The notes under the pieces are model-generated. The model was not told where the DNA came from, ran no database searches, and worked only from the letters and a program-made list of their open reading frames with translations. The translations under genes and the position numbers were made by a program. DNA of 64,000 nt from Eledone cirrhosa. Lineage: Eukaryota. The stretch spans positions 340,690,001 through 340,754,000 of the forward strand of contig OZ024743.1 of NCBI GenBank assembly GCA_964016885.1, written 5' to 3'. Of the stretch, positions 1 through 13,854 are shown piece by piece (positions within the stretch are counted from its first letter, which is position 1; every line of letters starts with the position of its first letter).

Positions 1-1309
1 ACAGATTAACATATGAAAACGTTAAAATACTCACGATTGCATCAATTGAAACAGCCAGTATCTTCCTAGTTTAGCACTCAAAAATCCATCGGACTACAAA
101 ATCCACGTCGAAGGTGATACAGTACTGTTTCAAATTCCGCGGAGAATCCACTGGTCATCGATTAATAATAACCAGAAAATTATTCCGGACAAGGGAATTC
201 TGATCGTATATACATATCTGTCTGCTACAATTTTCATGTAATCCAGTACAATCTGCTTCATGCTCGAGTGTTCATCGACTAAACCGGCTCTCCCACTAGA
301 ACCCCAGCAGCACAAAAACAAAAAAAAAAAACAAAAGAAAGAAACCAACAAAAGGTGTAAAAAGGGTGGAGGAACTTTACAGAGCCAACGGTTATCCAAC
401 CTAGATATGGGTTAAATAGTTTCATCAACGCGTAGTTGACTAAGCGTGGTATAGACGGCTTCACCCCTGATATAACCAAAACCAAGCAGAAAGTGGTGGA
501 GGTCAACCACGTAGGGCTTGCTCCAACAGGGGTAAGAAGGCCTTGAATTGAATCGGATATATATATATGTATAATATGAAGATAGTTTATTCAGTAATTC
601 GGTGTTATACATAATTCTGTGGCATCAGCAATCATTACGCAATTATGATACGTCTTCTTAAGACAGCAATTTTTTTAAAGGAAAAATATCTGGTAATATG
701 GAGGCGAACCTATTTTCAATGATGTTTTTTCAATGTTCCATCTTCATGTCATGTCACCAGATATTTTACCTAAAACAATTGCTGTCTGAAGACGTCGTGT
801 GACAACTACGTACTAATGCTATTGTGTAATAGTGTCATTTCTGACACCACAGAAATGCGTATAGCAGTGAACCACCTTACAAATTGAATCATAGAAAACT
901 TCTTTTCATAATTATTATTATACTCACACTCCATAGTGTGCTACCCAAGTGATCCAACATCACGATCGGACACACGCATAAACCATGGTGAGGTTTCTTC
1001 AGCTTATATCATTATTTATTAATTGGGGTGCTGCAAACACAACCATAAATATCTTTTAATTAAGTAGGTAATATCGCGCTCACCCGCACCCATACACACA
1101 CAAACACACTCACACACACAGGCGCACACACACACACACACACACACTCGCACACCACACACCCTACACACACACATATATGTATATGTTTATTAATTCA
1201 TCTTTTGAAATCACTCCCCTGCAATAATCTTTCATCAAGTTTGGCACGCTATTCATTTCAACTAGTTATTAAACATAACGCTACCACCACTGTCCATTTA
1301 CACATGTTA

Positions 1310-1468
1310 GAGTCAGACATGCTTTCCAGCATAGTTATGTCCCTTTACGATCTGAGTTCAAATCCCGTCGAGGTTAACTTTGCCTTTCGTCCATACGGGG
1401 TCGATAAAATAAAGTACCAGTAATGCACTGGGTAATTGCTGGCCTTGTGCCAAAAGTAGAAACAATTA
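1310..1468 (+). mobile_element. tRNA-head SINE with MetaSINE-like core, 5'-truncated
   Basis: GAGTTCAAATCC B-box plus GCCTTTC..CCNTACGGGGTCGATAAAATAAAGTACCAG core, shared with about 20 copies in the window. Confidence 0.85.
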
Positions 1469-2021
1469 TATATTACATATGTGTATGGCTGTGTGTGTGT
1501 GAAGGGTGACATATTGGTATCCTGTTGTTCTATCAAGTAAACGACATAGCCATTATATTAGCGAGCAAAGTGCCCGAGTAATCCACAGGCATATGTAGTA
1601 CAGTTAACTTAATTCTCAAATGGAATCATCCTTAATGTGTGACAAACCCGTACATGAAATTCTAGGTACCATCAATCAGTTTCCACAAGTTTTCCGTGTC
1701 CTCCATTTCACTCACAAAGATTGGGTACTTAGAAAGTTATGATAAGAGACAAATGCCCCATTTGCTACGCAGTGAGATGGAATCATGATTGAAAAGGAAG
1801 TAGTTTACCCTCTCAGTAATCACTACTTTGTGTTAGATTTCTTTGATATCCCCTCTCTCTCTCTCTCTCTCTTTGTTGTCAGTAGTCAAGAAACTGCTAT
1901 CTATAGCTATCAACTTATCTTCAGACAATAAACACAACAACTATCTTTTTTTCTATCCGTATATATATGTGCCAGTTTGTCTAGTTATCTGTGGATTTCG
2001 AATCGAGATTCATTTCGCTAA

Positions 2022-2208
2022 TAATTGTTTCTACTTTTGGCACAAGGCCAGCAATAACCCAGTGCATTACTGGTACTTTATTTTATCGACCCTGTAAGGA
2101 TGAAAGGCAAAGTTAACCTCGACGGGATTTGAACTCAGACCGTAAAGGGGCGTAACTATGCTGAAAAGCATGGCGTCCGACCCTCTACCGATACTGCCAA
2201 TTCACCGC
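2022..2208 (-). mobile_element. SINE, same family
   Basis: Reverse complement of the ~190-bp consensus; CGCTAATAAT repeated on both sides (probable TSD). Confidence 0.85.
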
Positions 2209-2620
2209 TAATAATGTAGATGATATAGAGAGCGAGGTAGGTTCTAAGTAACATAAGTGAAATTTGTTCGGATTAATTTGGTTTGGATTATGATTTAGGA
2301 GCATAGGACTTTAAAAAAAATACATAAGCTCTTCCTCATCCATGGGCAGTTTATTGGCTGACTTTATGCAATGTCAATAGGTCATCATTTTGATATAAAC
2401 CTTCCCAATTCCTGGAAAGAGATGATCAATATATAAGGAAACAGATGGAGAAATAGAGACACAGATTAGAATATCAGCAATAGAAACAAGGGAACATAGA
2501 CTAGAGGAGAGTGCTGCTTACTAGAAACCCACATATTTAATGTTTGTAAGACTTGATGAATATATATAGAAAAAGAGTTAAAGTAATGACTATTAATGAT
2601 TATTAATGATTATTAATATC

Positions 2621-2810
2621 GGGGCGGTGGATTGGCAGTATCGGTAGAGGGGCAGACGCCATGCTTTCCAGCATAGTTACGTCCCTTTACGATCTGAGTT
2701 CAAATTCCGCCGAGGTTGACTTTACCTTTCATCCTTACGGGGTCGATAAAATAAAGTACCAGTAATGAACTGGGTAATTGCTGGCCTTGTGCCTAAAGTA
2801 GAAACAATTA
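2621..2810 (+). mobile_element. Full-length SINE with 18-bp TSD
   Basis: GGGCGGTGGATTGGCAGTATCGGTAGAG...GTAGAAACAATTA; TTAATGATTATTAATATC at 2603-2620 and 2808-2825. Confidence 0.9.
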
Positions 2811-2949
2811 ATGATTATTAATATCAATAAAAGAGTTGAGGAATAATTATCCAAGTTGGATATGGAAGGGATCTATGTAGATTGAGACATGTCAGTTGTT
2901 TTAACTTCTTTCTCCTTATCAAAAGCCATGGAAGTATTTCGTTCTGTTT

Positions 2950-3290
2950 ACGTTGAAATCTGAAAATGACTATATCCTACACAGGAACTTGGAAATCGGC
3001 ATTAAATTACCCATTAAACTGTTGCAAACCAATGACGACAAGAAATATATACAAGCAGGAATTCCAGAGATTTGAGGTTCCACGGAGGAAGAACTGAATC
3101 AACTGGTTACACATGTCCCATAAAACTAAATCTTATCCTTATATGAAATTTTTCGTTTTAAATTAAATTTGTCTGGCCCCTTTTAATCATCCCTTTAGGC
3201 ATAAACTCCTATAAATATTCTGATCCCACTATATCTTTCCATAGTATATCTTACACTTGCCGAACTCTTACCTTTAGTAAGACATATTTA
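2950..3290 (-). mobile_element. Decayed CR1/L2-like LINE 3' fragment
   Basis: Minus strand near 3060-3100 resembles the C-terminal SFFPRT..LWN motif; heavily degraded. Confidence 0.35.
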
Positions 3291-4756
3291 TAGTGACCTG
3301 TTAACAGCATCAACGTAAGCACACTTGTGTGCTGCTGGTGCTGCTGCGCTCCGCCTCTGAATGCAGGAGTCGATATTTCATTAGGCAGTGAAGTAATTCT
3401 GTAGGTGTTTCGGCCCCTTTCACCATAACACTAGAGCTGTTGCAAGCGACGAAAATCCTGCATACCAGGCAAGTCTGATGCAGTGACTCAATCAACCTCT
3501 ACGTATCATAGCAGCATGATGTTGTGACTCTAAATGAAACGTCCCCATCCACGTCAATGTGTCAGGCGCACCATACATCTATTTTGAGCCAGTTGTAGTG
3601 ACTCACTTTCTCAGTGGGCTCCGATAATGTCCAGGAAAGCTGTTTCCTTTCTTTTGCCCCCAGTCCAAGGTCCCTGAAATAAAGTATATTAGTAATTACT
3701 TTAAAAGTAAAATAAGCTTCCTCCATATTAATATAAACCTACGTACTTCTAACTTTGACAAACCTCTGAACAACTATACCAATTTCTTACTTAAATAAAC
3801 AGTCGATAATTTTTGCATTCGTATCACATTTAAAATGACTTATCCAACCTATCTTTTGCATTCAATTTTACCCGCACGTGTTCCTTATATATCAATTACA
3901 ATGGACCAACTACAACACTTTTACGCGTAATTTCCCAGTTTTATGCTTGAATATCTTCTGACTTTTTCTTACTATTGTATCTGCCTAATTCTTACTTGCC
4001 TAATATCCCACAACACTAACACATTGCTTAATGTAATACTGAAACTGAAATTCTTTCATTTCTTTCTTTTGTCTATGTATTCCTAATGAATAATAATATC
4101 ATACGCCTGACATTTTGCCTTTATTAACGCAATACGTGCTTTACCATTTAGCTGGTTACATTTTTCTTATTATCTAATCAACTAGTCATATTTTAAAACA
4201 TAATTCAATTATTTTTCTTTACTTATAATTTAACTATATATATCGAAATAATTTTGCCTGTAACGTCACTATTTCCTATCAGATGGATTATATCAATTTG
4301 TCCTAATACATTTTGGCAAGGAATAGTTTCTATGTATCCATTTCGTACAACTTACTATATGATTATATGACAACCTAAAGCAGTTAACTCTATTAACAGC
4401 TCTTACACATATTCCTCATTAATTTCAAGCTTGCTTCGGTCGTTGTATTGCCCCTATCTCACTTAGTTTTCTATCTCCCTCATTGTTTTACAACACTTTC
4501 ATTTAGCTTGTTTCGATAGGATTCATTTAACCAATTCTGCGACTTCATTTGAAAATTTTCCCATTAAAAGTTTGACATTTCTGACCACTTTTTAATAGAT
4601 TTTAACATTAACTGTGCCTCAATATAATTAACAGATATCTTCTTCCTAAGTTTACTAACTTACACTTGATTTTCCTTCCATTAAACATGACAATTACTTT
4701 TCAACAGAAACCCACCATACAGTTCTATAATATATATCTTATCATGCTTGATAAAT

Positions 4757-4941
4757 AATTTTTTCTACTTTTGGCACAAGGCCAGCAATAACCCAGTACA
4801 TTACAGGTACTTTATTTTATCAACCCCGTAAGGATGAAAGGCAAAGTTAACCTCGGCGGGATTTGAACTCAGAATGGCAAGGGCCGTAACTATATGCGTC
4901 AAAGCATGGCGTCCGACCCACTACCGATACTGCCAATCCAC
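4757..4941 (-). mobile_element. SINE with 16-bp TSD
   Basis: Consensus match; ATGCTTGATAAATAAT at 4744-4759 and 4944-4959. Confidence 0.9.
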
Positions 4942-5510
4942 AGATGCTTGATAAATAATATTAAAAATATATAAAACTAAATTTAACATTCTCTGTAGAA
5001 ATGTAGAGTAATGTATTTGTAGAACATATAGAAATTTATGAAGCTGGAATGGCGAGACTGCACAGTCATTGCAGATGCGATAAGATAACACATAAGACTT
5101 TATAATTACAAATACATTAATGGACATTTTATATATCTTATCATCCCATGTGAAGACTAACGGAGCAGGAAGTGCGATACCTCAAACCAATCGTAATATA
5201 TACACTGGCACGCATACACACGCACACACACACGTGTATATCTCTAGTTCGTTGAATATCCGTTAAAAATGGCTACTGGTTGAAGATGTGAAATAGTTTT
5301 TGCACCGTTTCTAAGTGCTTGTTTTACTACTCCAGTTAAATGCAACCTATCTTGCTATGTTGAAATCGTTTAAATAAAGATGGATCATATATGTTTGAGG
5401 ACGTTGCCGGACATGCGATAACAATCAAGAAGGGTTTGTAACTCACTGAAATCTTTTTTTCGTTCAGTTTATCTCCTTACAAAACATTTTATGAAAAAAC
5501 GAATTTTTCT

Positions 5511-5647
5511 GCAGTATCGGCCCTACCCATTCTGAGTTCAAATCCCGCCGAGGTTAACTTTGCCTTTCATCCTTACGAGGTCGATAAAATAAAGTACCAG
5601 TAATTCACTGGTAATTGCTGGCCTTGTGCCAAAAGTAGAAACAATTA
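5511..5647 (+). mobile_element. SINE, internally deleted
   Basis: Core and tail match the family. Confidence 0.85.
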
Positions 5648-6179
5648 TCTTTATAATTTAATGTGCAACTTCGTTGGTAGGTAGCCTGTAATATGTATTT
5701 ATGAATAGGAGTGTGTGCATTAAGATGGGCATACCCAGTTTTCTTTCTATGTATAAAAGGTATATATTTCCTGATAGTGTAGGAGATTAGGGTGCATATA
5801 TTTGTGTAAAATAACTAGGGTTTATTATTTGTTTTAATTGGCTAGTGATGATATTTTGGTATCTGGAGTACTATAGTGTTTTGTTTAGAGGTGTATGTAA
5901 ATGTATGAAGGGTTTCTTGCTAACACATCTGGAGTTTGTGAAGGTCTATCTAAATTAGGATTAGAATTATTTAGTAATATATACTTTTTTACTTGTTCCA
6001 GCCGACAAGATGTGACCATGCTCGTACATCGCCGTTGTGGTTTCATTTTATATAGCTGCCTTTCTTTCGTTGGTCATTGATACACTGTCACCCTCATTTG
6101 TGTTTCTTGCCGCGTTGTATGCTCATCTGGGATCTTAGCAAATTGTCAAGGTATTTCTTGAAAATATTTACATCCACCA

Positions 6180-6780
6180 CACGAGGATATCTCAGGTTTT
6201 TCAGGAGCATATTAAAGAACGAGGCGCTTTTACCCTAAACTAGTGCATTATCTGGTCCTTATTCACATTTTGGAGGACGAAATTCTCGTCAATACACAGA
6301 CATCCTGTTCTGGGGTTTTCCCAGCTCTCAATGCCAAAATTTGGTGCTAGCTTTTTCAGGATCATCCATATATTTATCACTGCATATATCTACGTCTTCA
6401 TTCTAAGGAGTAGTTACTTAATTATTTCAGCCTCTCCCAGTAGATAATCTCCCTCATATTCTTGGCTTAGCTTCGTTGGATTGTTTCACATGCTGCAGTT
6501 AATTTGACATTATGAGATGATCATAACTTAGAGCAATAGTCCAGGCGGCTAAGGAAAAATGTCCTCCAGAGGATGAACATGATTTCTCGGTAACCTGTCC
6601 TGAATGACCTTAGAATCTACCCGCTATCGAAGAAGTCATCTGGCATATTTATTTACATCTTTCTCCTTCAGGGATGTGGAAATATTCAGTATTTTACATA
6701 TTCTTTGAGAGTCTGCTTTAGTGAATAATTTCTTGAGACAATAATCCTATCTTGTGTGCAATGAAGCAGACTTATGTAAA
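6180..6780 (-). mobile_element. Decayed CR1-clade LINE ORF2 3' fragment
   Basis: Minus strand 6530-6620 translates ILRSFRTGYREIMFILWRTFFLSRLDYCS, typical of the CR1 RT C-terminal region; stops and frameshifts around it. Confidence 0.7.
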
Positions 6781-7445
6781 TTTAAAGAAGATTTTAGGTT
6801 GTTTTTTTTTTGTTTTCTAAAACCCTGGCTTTTCTTTCTCATATGTATTTCTCTACCAGTGCCGCATTTAAGCAGAATTTCTCGGGTTTTGTTTTGAATT
6901 TTCAGTTGTTTATTAAGGTGGTTTGCGACCTTTGTTCTTAACCTTATAAGAACTTTTTTGTCTCGGGATTTTGATTTTGTCTGTGTTGACCCTTTCTCCA
7001 GGAACAAGCGTAGTGCATATAAATACAATTATATATATATATATGACAAGTAAGTATGTTTTGAAACAGTGAGCAGGTTTGAAATTAGAAAATAGAATAG
7101 CTTTTACCGTATTTTTGACTGAAGAAATTTTAGTCTGATAATGTAGCTAAGAATGTAGCTTCTAATTTGAATGGAAGGAGATGGGTGATCTGGATAACCA
7201 AAGATGTGGGTTCGACTCCCATGTACGTCAATACTCATCTTTTTTCCATTTATCTGAGGGTTCTAAACCCCATTATCAGACTAAAACTTCTTTAGTCAAA
7301 AATACGGTGAAAGCTATTTTATATATATATATATATATATATAAAATGAGATTAATATCCCCACAGGTACTAAGTACCCACGGAAATATATAGGGTGTCT
7401 ATAATACATTTGTTGTTCAATGGTATTAATTTGAGATACCAGAAC

Positions 7446-7952
7446 TATAAAATTGAGATGAGCGGAACAAGTAAACATTAAACAATCTTTTAAATAAATT
7501 AAAATTTGATTTAAATATTTACCTATCCGGTTTCGCCTCACAAAATATTGGAAAACCAAAGGACTTCCAAAGGAAAGATGGGCTCTTCAGAAAGCTATTT
7601 ACATTTTATAGGACGTAAAGTCTCACAGTTTGTAAATATATCGCCTACTGCCACCTAGCGTAAGGCCAGGTCGTTAAAATGACCCACACATAAACTGGTC
7701 GTTAGTAAAAGCGGAAATATTATAGACGTGTTGTTTGCCACGCTACTAATATATTTACAAACTGTGAGACTTTACGTCCTATAGAATAGAAATAGCTTTC
7801 TGAAGAGCCGATCTTTCCATTGGAAGTCCTTTGGATTTCCAATATTTTGTGAGGCGAAACCGTCGGTAAAAGCATTTTGGATAAGTAAATAATTAAATCA
7901 TATTTTAATTTATTTAAAAGATTGTTTAATGTTTACTTGTTCCGCTTATCTC

Positions 7953-7960
<8 letters not shown>
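7446..7960. mobile_element. Fold-back insertion (arms ~7446-7641 and ~7749-7960) ending at (TA)n, carrying an HHR
   Basis: Inverted arms visible directly; left arm has lost the HHR cleavage-site segment. Confidence 0.8.
7795..7873 (+). ncRNA. Type I hammerhead ribozyme with extended stem II
   Basis: GCTTT-CTGAAGA-GCC...GGC-GAAA-CCGTCGG-TA-AAAGC; stem I GCTTT/AAAGC, GUA cleavage triplet. Confidence 0.8.
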
Positions 7961-8028
<68 letters not shown>

Positions 8029-8031
<3 letters not shown>

Positions 8032-8386
8032 GGCGGCCTCCTCATTATCGAGTATGGAAACTGCACGATATACCATTATTAATAATTAATTAATTCTATC
8101 GTGCAATGCCTGTACGTGAAAATATTTTTTAAAGTGAGGAAAGACTGTGCACTAAGCCAATCCCACTCTCTGTGCGACAGTAGCTATAACCCGAAAAGAG
8201 GAAAAGATCAACATCATCTGTAACTACTGAGCCGCAGGTTTTATATCGGAGTTATCCCAGTTTCCTGAGTTGCCCTCTCCTAGAAGAATGCCCTGACAAA
8301 GGCTAGGGGTCCTTCACTCCCAGTGGTTTAACCGCGCGGTACATGTGTATATACATATTTAGACACTTTCGGATGGCCGTTGACTC
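8029..8386 (-). mobile_element. 5'-truncated copy of a dispersed repeat (longer copy at 49933-50460)
   Basis: Colinear reverse-complement match to ~50105-50457. Confidence 0.8.
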
Positions 8387-8797
8387 CTTCTTCACATTGA
8401 AATGGTAGTTTTTGTTATCAAGATTTGAAACAGTTAAATCCAAAGATTTCTCTTGAAAATTGCATGTTATGTTTTCATTAGTTAGTTGCTGGATATTTTT
8501 AATGGCAATATATATTTTCATAAATCTATTGGATTGATCCCAACCGTAAGTGGTCAACTCAACAGTCACACAACGGCTTTGAGAATTGGTTGTCACTTCA
8601 TTTGCATTTTTATTCAAACTTTCTTTCACCCCAGAAATTTCTGTTTGCAGTTTCTCTAACTCTGATTGAAGAAGATTCCTTACATACGTTCTTTCAGCTT
8701 TCTCTTTAAGTACTATGATATCTTCAATATCCTATTCTAGGCATTGTTGATAATTATTAAATATTGTCCCTTTCTCTTAACACTTGCTACTGCCGCA
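8387..8797 (-). pseudogene. CACYBP: Calcyclin-binding protein/Siah-interacting protein processed pseudogene (5' part)
   Basis: Translates LE*DIEDIIVLKEKAERTYVRNLLQSELEKLQTEI...TVELTTYGWDQSNRFMKIYI...FQEKSLDLTVSNLDNKNYHFNV, matching the CacyBP N-terminal helical domain and CS domain (YGWDQS..F.KIYI); intronless; in-frame TAG at 8732-8734. Confidence 0.85.
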
Positions 8798-8949
8798 TAT
8801 ATATATATATATTTATATATTATTAGGGTAAACATTGATGCAATTCAATTCAAGCACTCAACGTACTTTTTCCACATAGGAGTGACGGAGTAAATATCGA
8901 ATAAGGAAAAGCGAAGTAGTTTCAGATGTTCAAGTCCTTTAATAATAAT

Positions 8950-9023
8950 GCTGTGATATATATTTCAGTGACGACACTGGCCACACTGTTCTGTGTGCGA
9001 GTGTCGTGTCATCATCAGACAGC
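8950..9023 (-). ncRNA. Type I hammerhead ribozyme
   Basis: Minus: GCTGT-CTGATGA-TGACACGACACT...AGTGTCGTCACT-GAAA-TATATA-TC-ACAGC; palindromic stem III, AUC. Confidence 0.75.
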
Positions 9024-10010
9024 TTGTTACATAATAAGGTTGTTTCCGAGGCAATCCAAATTGAATCGACATGGGAACGGATGAAGTTCGTGCTTTTGGG
9101 TTTTTCATCCGTTCCCTTGTGAGTACCAATTCAGCCCCACCGGTCTGCGCAAGCGCATGTCCGAAGGAAGTTGACCATTAGCACCGCAGATTTCAACGAA
9201 ATTCTCTGTCAGTGGCCCACCTATGCCCTGCCAAAGTTTACTGCTACCCATCACTACTGTGGAAGTCAGCCGAAAGCCAGAGGGGATGGGAGGGTGTTAG
9301 TTTTTATAGGTCATAATACTACCTTTCACTAAGCGTTGACAGTATGACTGACCATCAACTCATAAGGGAAAATAAACTTAATTCTAGGTACTATGGTTTT
9401 ACATTGTAAGTTAAGAGTGAGAGTTGGAAATAAAAGTTAAAATCCTAGATCAAATATCAGAGATTATAAATTAAACAATTAAGAATTAATAAATTCTAAA
9501 TTCAAAAATTTTTTTTTTTTTGTTTCCAAGTGATAATTCGGATTGAGTAACAATATAGATTGAAGTGAATACATAATATGGAGAGAGATGTTTAAGTAAT
9601 AAGTTCTGGGAGGGATTCTAGTGTTAGAGTTACTCTATCCACATATTGAACGGCAGTGCCGTACATTATAACGGAGGGCAAACCACATGGTTCAAGGCAT
9701 TAGTCAATCTGCTACACAGTCATAATTTCCATCACATGGAACAGAATAAAAAAACAGACATAAAGTACACCAAAGAAAAGAAAAGAACAGAACCAATAGT
9801 GAATAAATGCAAAAACACAGAGTACATATATGTAAAATGATCCATATGATTGTCCATCTGTCCATGTATAGATTGAATTGAGGGGGCCTCTGTTCAAATG
9901 CGATTTGGTACTCACAAGGGAACGGATGAAAAACCCAAAAGCACGAACTTCATCCGTTCCCATGTCGATTCAATTTGGATTGCCTCGGAAACAACCTTAT
10001 TATGTAACAA

Positions 10011-10084
10011 GCTGTCTGATGATGACACGATACTCGCACACAGAACAGTGTGGCCAGTGTCGTCACTGAAATATATATCAGAGC
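10011..10084 (+). ncRNA. Type I hammerhead ribozyme, partner arm
   Basis: Same motif with one stem I mismatch (AGAGC). Confidence 0.65.
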
Positions 10085-10131
10085 ATTAATATTAAAGGAC
10101 TTGAACATCTGAAACTACTTCGCTTTTCCTT

Positions 10132-10218
<87 letters not shown>

Positions 10219-10230
10219 CTGTCGCATACA

Positions 10231-10299
<69 letters not shown>

Positions 10300-10310
10300 C
10301 TATCTATCTA

Positions 10311-10357
<47 letters not shown>

Positions 10358-10870
10358 ATATCTCTCTCTATATACAGCATACATATATAGTATACATGGA
10401 ACTCTATATAAATCAAACGATTATCAAGATATATATATATATATAAATGTGTGTATGTGTGTGTGTGTAATATATATATATATTTCTTGGTTCAAACCAT
10501 TAATTAAGTATGTGTGATCTACAGCATTTACCTCAGTGTACCGTTCTATAGATAGATAGTATAAGTCGTTATAGAGTAGGTAAGTCCACAGAGTATAAAT
10601 TTATCCATTAATACGAAGACAGGTTATTGGTTGTCATATTTTGTACGTGATTCACATTTCTGTTTTATCCACTGTACTTACGTAGTTATGTAGCTCGTAA
10701 TATACGGAAAATCATTCTCCAGACGTAAATATTATTGATGTGCCTTTTAACATACATCTATACTTACATTTATATATGTACACCCATATATATATATATA
10801 TTAGAAAGTGAGGTTTTTTTTACAAAATGAAAGATGTGAGAAAAACCACAGACCCTCCATCTCAACTCTA

Positions 10871-10906
10871 CTTTTGAAAAGCAGAAGAACTGCGAAACCG
10901 GTAAAG
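10871..10906 (+). ncRNA. Minimal type I HHR, U3-A8 core
   Basis: CTT-TTGAAAA-GCAG-AAGAA-CTGC-GAAA-CCGG-TA-AAG; same family as 50878-51243. Confidence 0.7.
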
Positions 10907-10968
10907 GAACCAAATAAATATATTTTTTTAAGAAATAAGTCTCCAGTTGCATTTTCGATTTCATCTTT

Positions 10969-11019
<51 letters not shown>

Positions 11020-11843
11020 CATACTCTGCGCCATTTGATAGACCCATATGCCGTTCTATATTAACCCCCACAGTTACTTATAATGCAGCAAAATGAGTAA
11101 CGCACTGAAAAGCCAAACAGTTATAGAAACGTTATGATTCTCGGAAGGACATCTTTAGTTATATAATTATATCTGTATTCTATTTATATGGTTTCCAGTG
11201 AAGGCGCATAATTTAAAGGTCCCGAGTTGAATACCCAGATAGACAATACGTTGTGTTTTCGAACAAGACATTTTATTTCACGTTGTTCCAGTCCACACTG
11301 CTGGCGAAAATGAGAGGCGATGTCACTAATTTCAAGCTGCATTGAGCTTTCCATTCACATTAGAAATCACTGGTGTCGTGTAAAAGAGTGACTGGCTTGC
11401 ATGTGTGACAGCTGGTTCTCGACAAAAGTCTCTAATTGAGCTTGTTTCAGGAAGGCAAACGCATGGTCCGTCAGTCATGGGTGCAGAAGCTCATGTCTTC
11501 ATTTGTTCATTGAACAGACTCACGTAATTAGTTGTAAAACATTCTCAAAGATTCAGTGTACCGTTTAGACGCTGTACAGTTTCTGTGTCTAGATAACACG
11601 TATATATATATTTACTTATTATAATGGTATGTGTTGAATATTAACTCAAGTTTCATCTCAACATATTTAGTTATAATAGACATATTTATTACCTACTATA
11701 TCTTTAATTAATATTCTGTGCGTATTGAAGTTTAAATCATTGTTCCAATATACAATCAAATGTTCATACTTACACACGTAGTCGCACACACACACACACA
11801 CTCACGCACACACATTTATATATTAGTGTATGTGTTTGTGTGT

Positions 11844-11923
<80 letters not shown>

Positions 11924-12148
11924 ATATTTGTATGTACGTGTATATATTTCGCAGTTGGCAGCAGAATTGTGTGCAGATAATTAGTTTATCAAATACCAGC
12001 AGCTGGATTTGCACATTTTATTTATTTTCTTAAGTACTTTCGCGTCTTCCAGCAAACTTCCATATTGACATACACTCAACCACATATGTATATATATATA
12101 TATATATATATAAATAAAATACAGTTATTAACTCATATAAGTACCCTA

Positions 12149-12199
<51 letters not shown>

Positions 12200-12241
12200 A
12201 TATATATATATATAGGTATATTTACATATGCATATGACCAC

Positions 12242-12304
<63 letters not shown>

Positions 12305-12312
12305 AACACATA

Positions 12313-12355
<43 letters not shown>

Positions 12356-12582
12356 GTATGTAAAAGGTAAACAGAAATAACAACACAATCGGGTCAGTAT
12401 AAGGAAGGTATATATTAGGTTAACGCTTGGTATAGCAGGAAGCACATTTTGTCGGACGCACTGCCTAACGTGTGTTCTTTTGGCAGCATGGCCCTTCCAA
12501 TGCATAACAATCTGTTTCAAAACACGATTATGGCATGTCTTAATGGCATATCCATCTGTCTGTCTGACTGCCTTCCTGACTG

Positions 12583-12661
<79 letters not shown>

Positions 12662-12663
<2 letters not shown>

Positions 12664-13225
12664 GGTGAACCGGTATGGTTATTGTTTGTGAGACGAGCTT
12701 TTCCACAACTCGTCTCGCTAACAGAGCCGTAGTCCTGGGTCAAGCGAAGACCGAAAATGGGCGCCTGGCAGCTCGAGTGCCTTCAAGCGCTCACAGCCCT
12801 CTACCAAGCGGAAACGGTAATCAGCGGAGACTCCACGTCGATATTCTACAGAGGATTAGTGGAGGATAAGTGCTACGTGGTTCTCGGGGAAACTCTAGGC
12901 ACCGAAGAGGACAAACTGGCCAGTCTGTTCGCGAGGACTTTCCGTCCAGGGCCTAGGGATAACTTCCAGAGGTCTCTGGCCTGGCAGTGCTACCGAGGAG
13001 CTCTGCCAGTTCGAAACAAAAACTACAGGCACGGACGCCCTGGCAGGGATCCTGCCAAAAGGACCTGTCCAAGATACGAGCAGGACATTGAAACCGTTCT
13101 GCACGCAATTATTCAGTGCCCAGTGGTGATCAACCCGTGGAATTATGTCGAACAGCTACTGTCGCGTGTAGGACGCATCCACTTGTCAGCCTAGTCCACC
13201 GAGAGGATCACCCCGTTTGCAAGGG
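12662..13225 (+). mobile_element. Older Tx1/L1-type LINE ORF2 C-terminal fragment
   Basis: DNFQRSLAWQCYRGALPV...RHGRPGRDPAKRTCP homologous to the 38.6-41.9 kb element; starts right after (TATC)n. Confidence 0.85.
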
Positions 13226-13439
13226 AGGACGACAATTAATCTACAATAGAACGTAGACAAGAAAGAGACATAAGAAAACAATTTATCGATTATCCTCATA
13301 TTTTATTGCCTTCTTAAATAAAGAACTACGCCTATCTGCAGTTTTCACTGCTATTTCCATGGACACATATGATATAGGGATATAAAATATAATGATATCA
13401 ATGCAAAACACAGTCTTCAAATAGAGTGTGTTCACACTA

Positions 13440-13489
<50 letters not shown>

Positions 13490-13533
13490 AGAAGAAGTTT
13501 ATGAAATGGAAATGCGGGTATACAGAATTTATT

Positions 13534-13650
13534 AGGTAACAATTGTTTCTATAGTGTATGGGTTACCTATACCTCGCTATTTGAATAATATAAAAATATT
13601 ATCATAAACCGAAGGTACACTGTAAGCAAACACACCATGTCGTCAGACCT
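13534..13650 (-). ncRNA. Type I HHR with long stem II insert
   Basis: AGGT-CTGACGA-C-ATGGTGTG...TACACTAT-A-GAAA-CAATTG-TT-ACCT; points to (TA)n at 13441-13487. Confidence 0.55.
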
Positions 13651-13854
13651 TTGTCGGTTGACTCCATCAAATGCAACTACTTAGTAACATTGGAATACAA
13701 ATTTACTAATTATATATATATATATATACTAGTGTGAACACACTCTATTTGAAGACTGTGTTTTGCATTGATATAATTATATTTTATATCCCTATACAGA
13801 GAAAGAAAGTGAAAGAGAGAGATATAGACAGGCAGATAGATAGATAGATAGATA

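Larger units (their letters stand above)
8899..10135. mobile_element. Fold-back insertion, ~230-bp arms (8899-9129 and 9905-10135), ending at (TA)n
   Basis: Near-perfect inverted arms, each with an HHR. Confidence 0.85.

Noticed and set aside
463-880. HHR-like remnants at ~465-516 and ~780-867
   Set aside because: Core or cleavage-site register is broken; probably decayed copies, not counted
3607-3673. Minus-strand segment with good splice acceptor and donor
   Set aside because: No partner exons; surrounding translation resembles an RTE C-terminal remnant
7140-7232. tRNA-like T-arm GGGTTCGACTCCC
   Set aside because: No complete cloverleaf; at most a tRNA-derived fragment inside a fold-back
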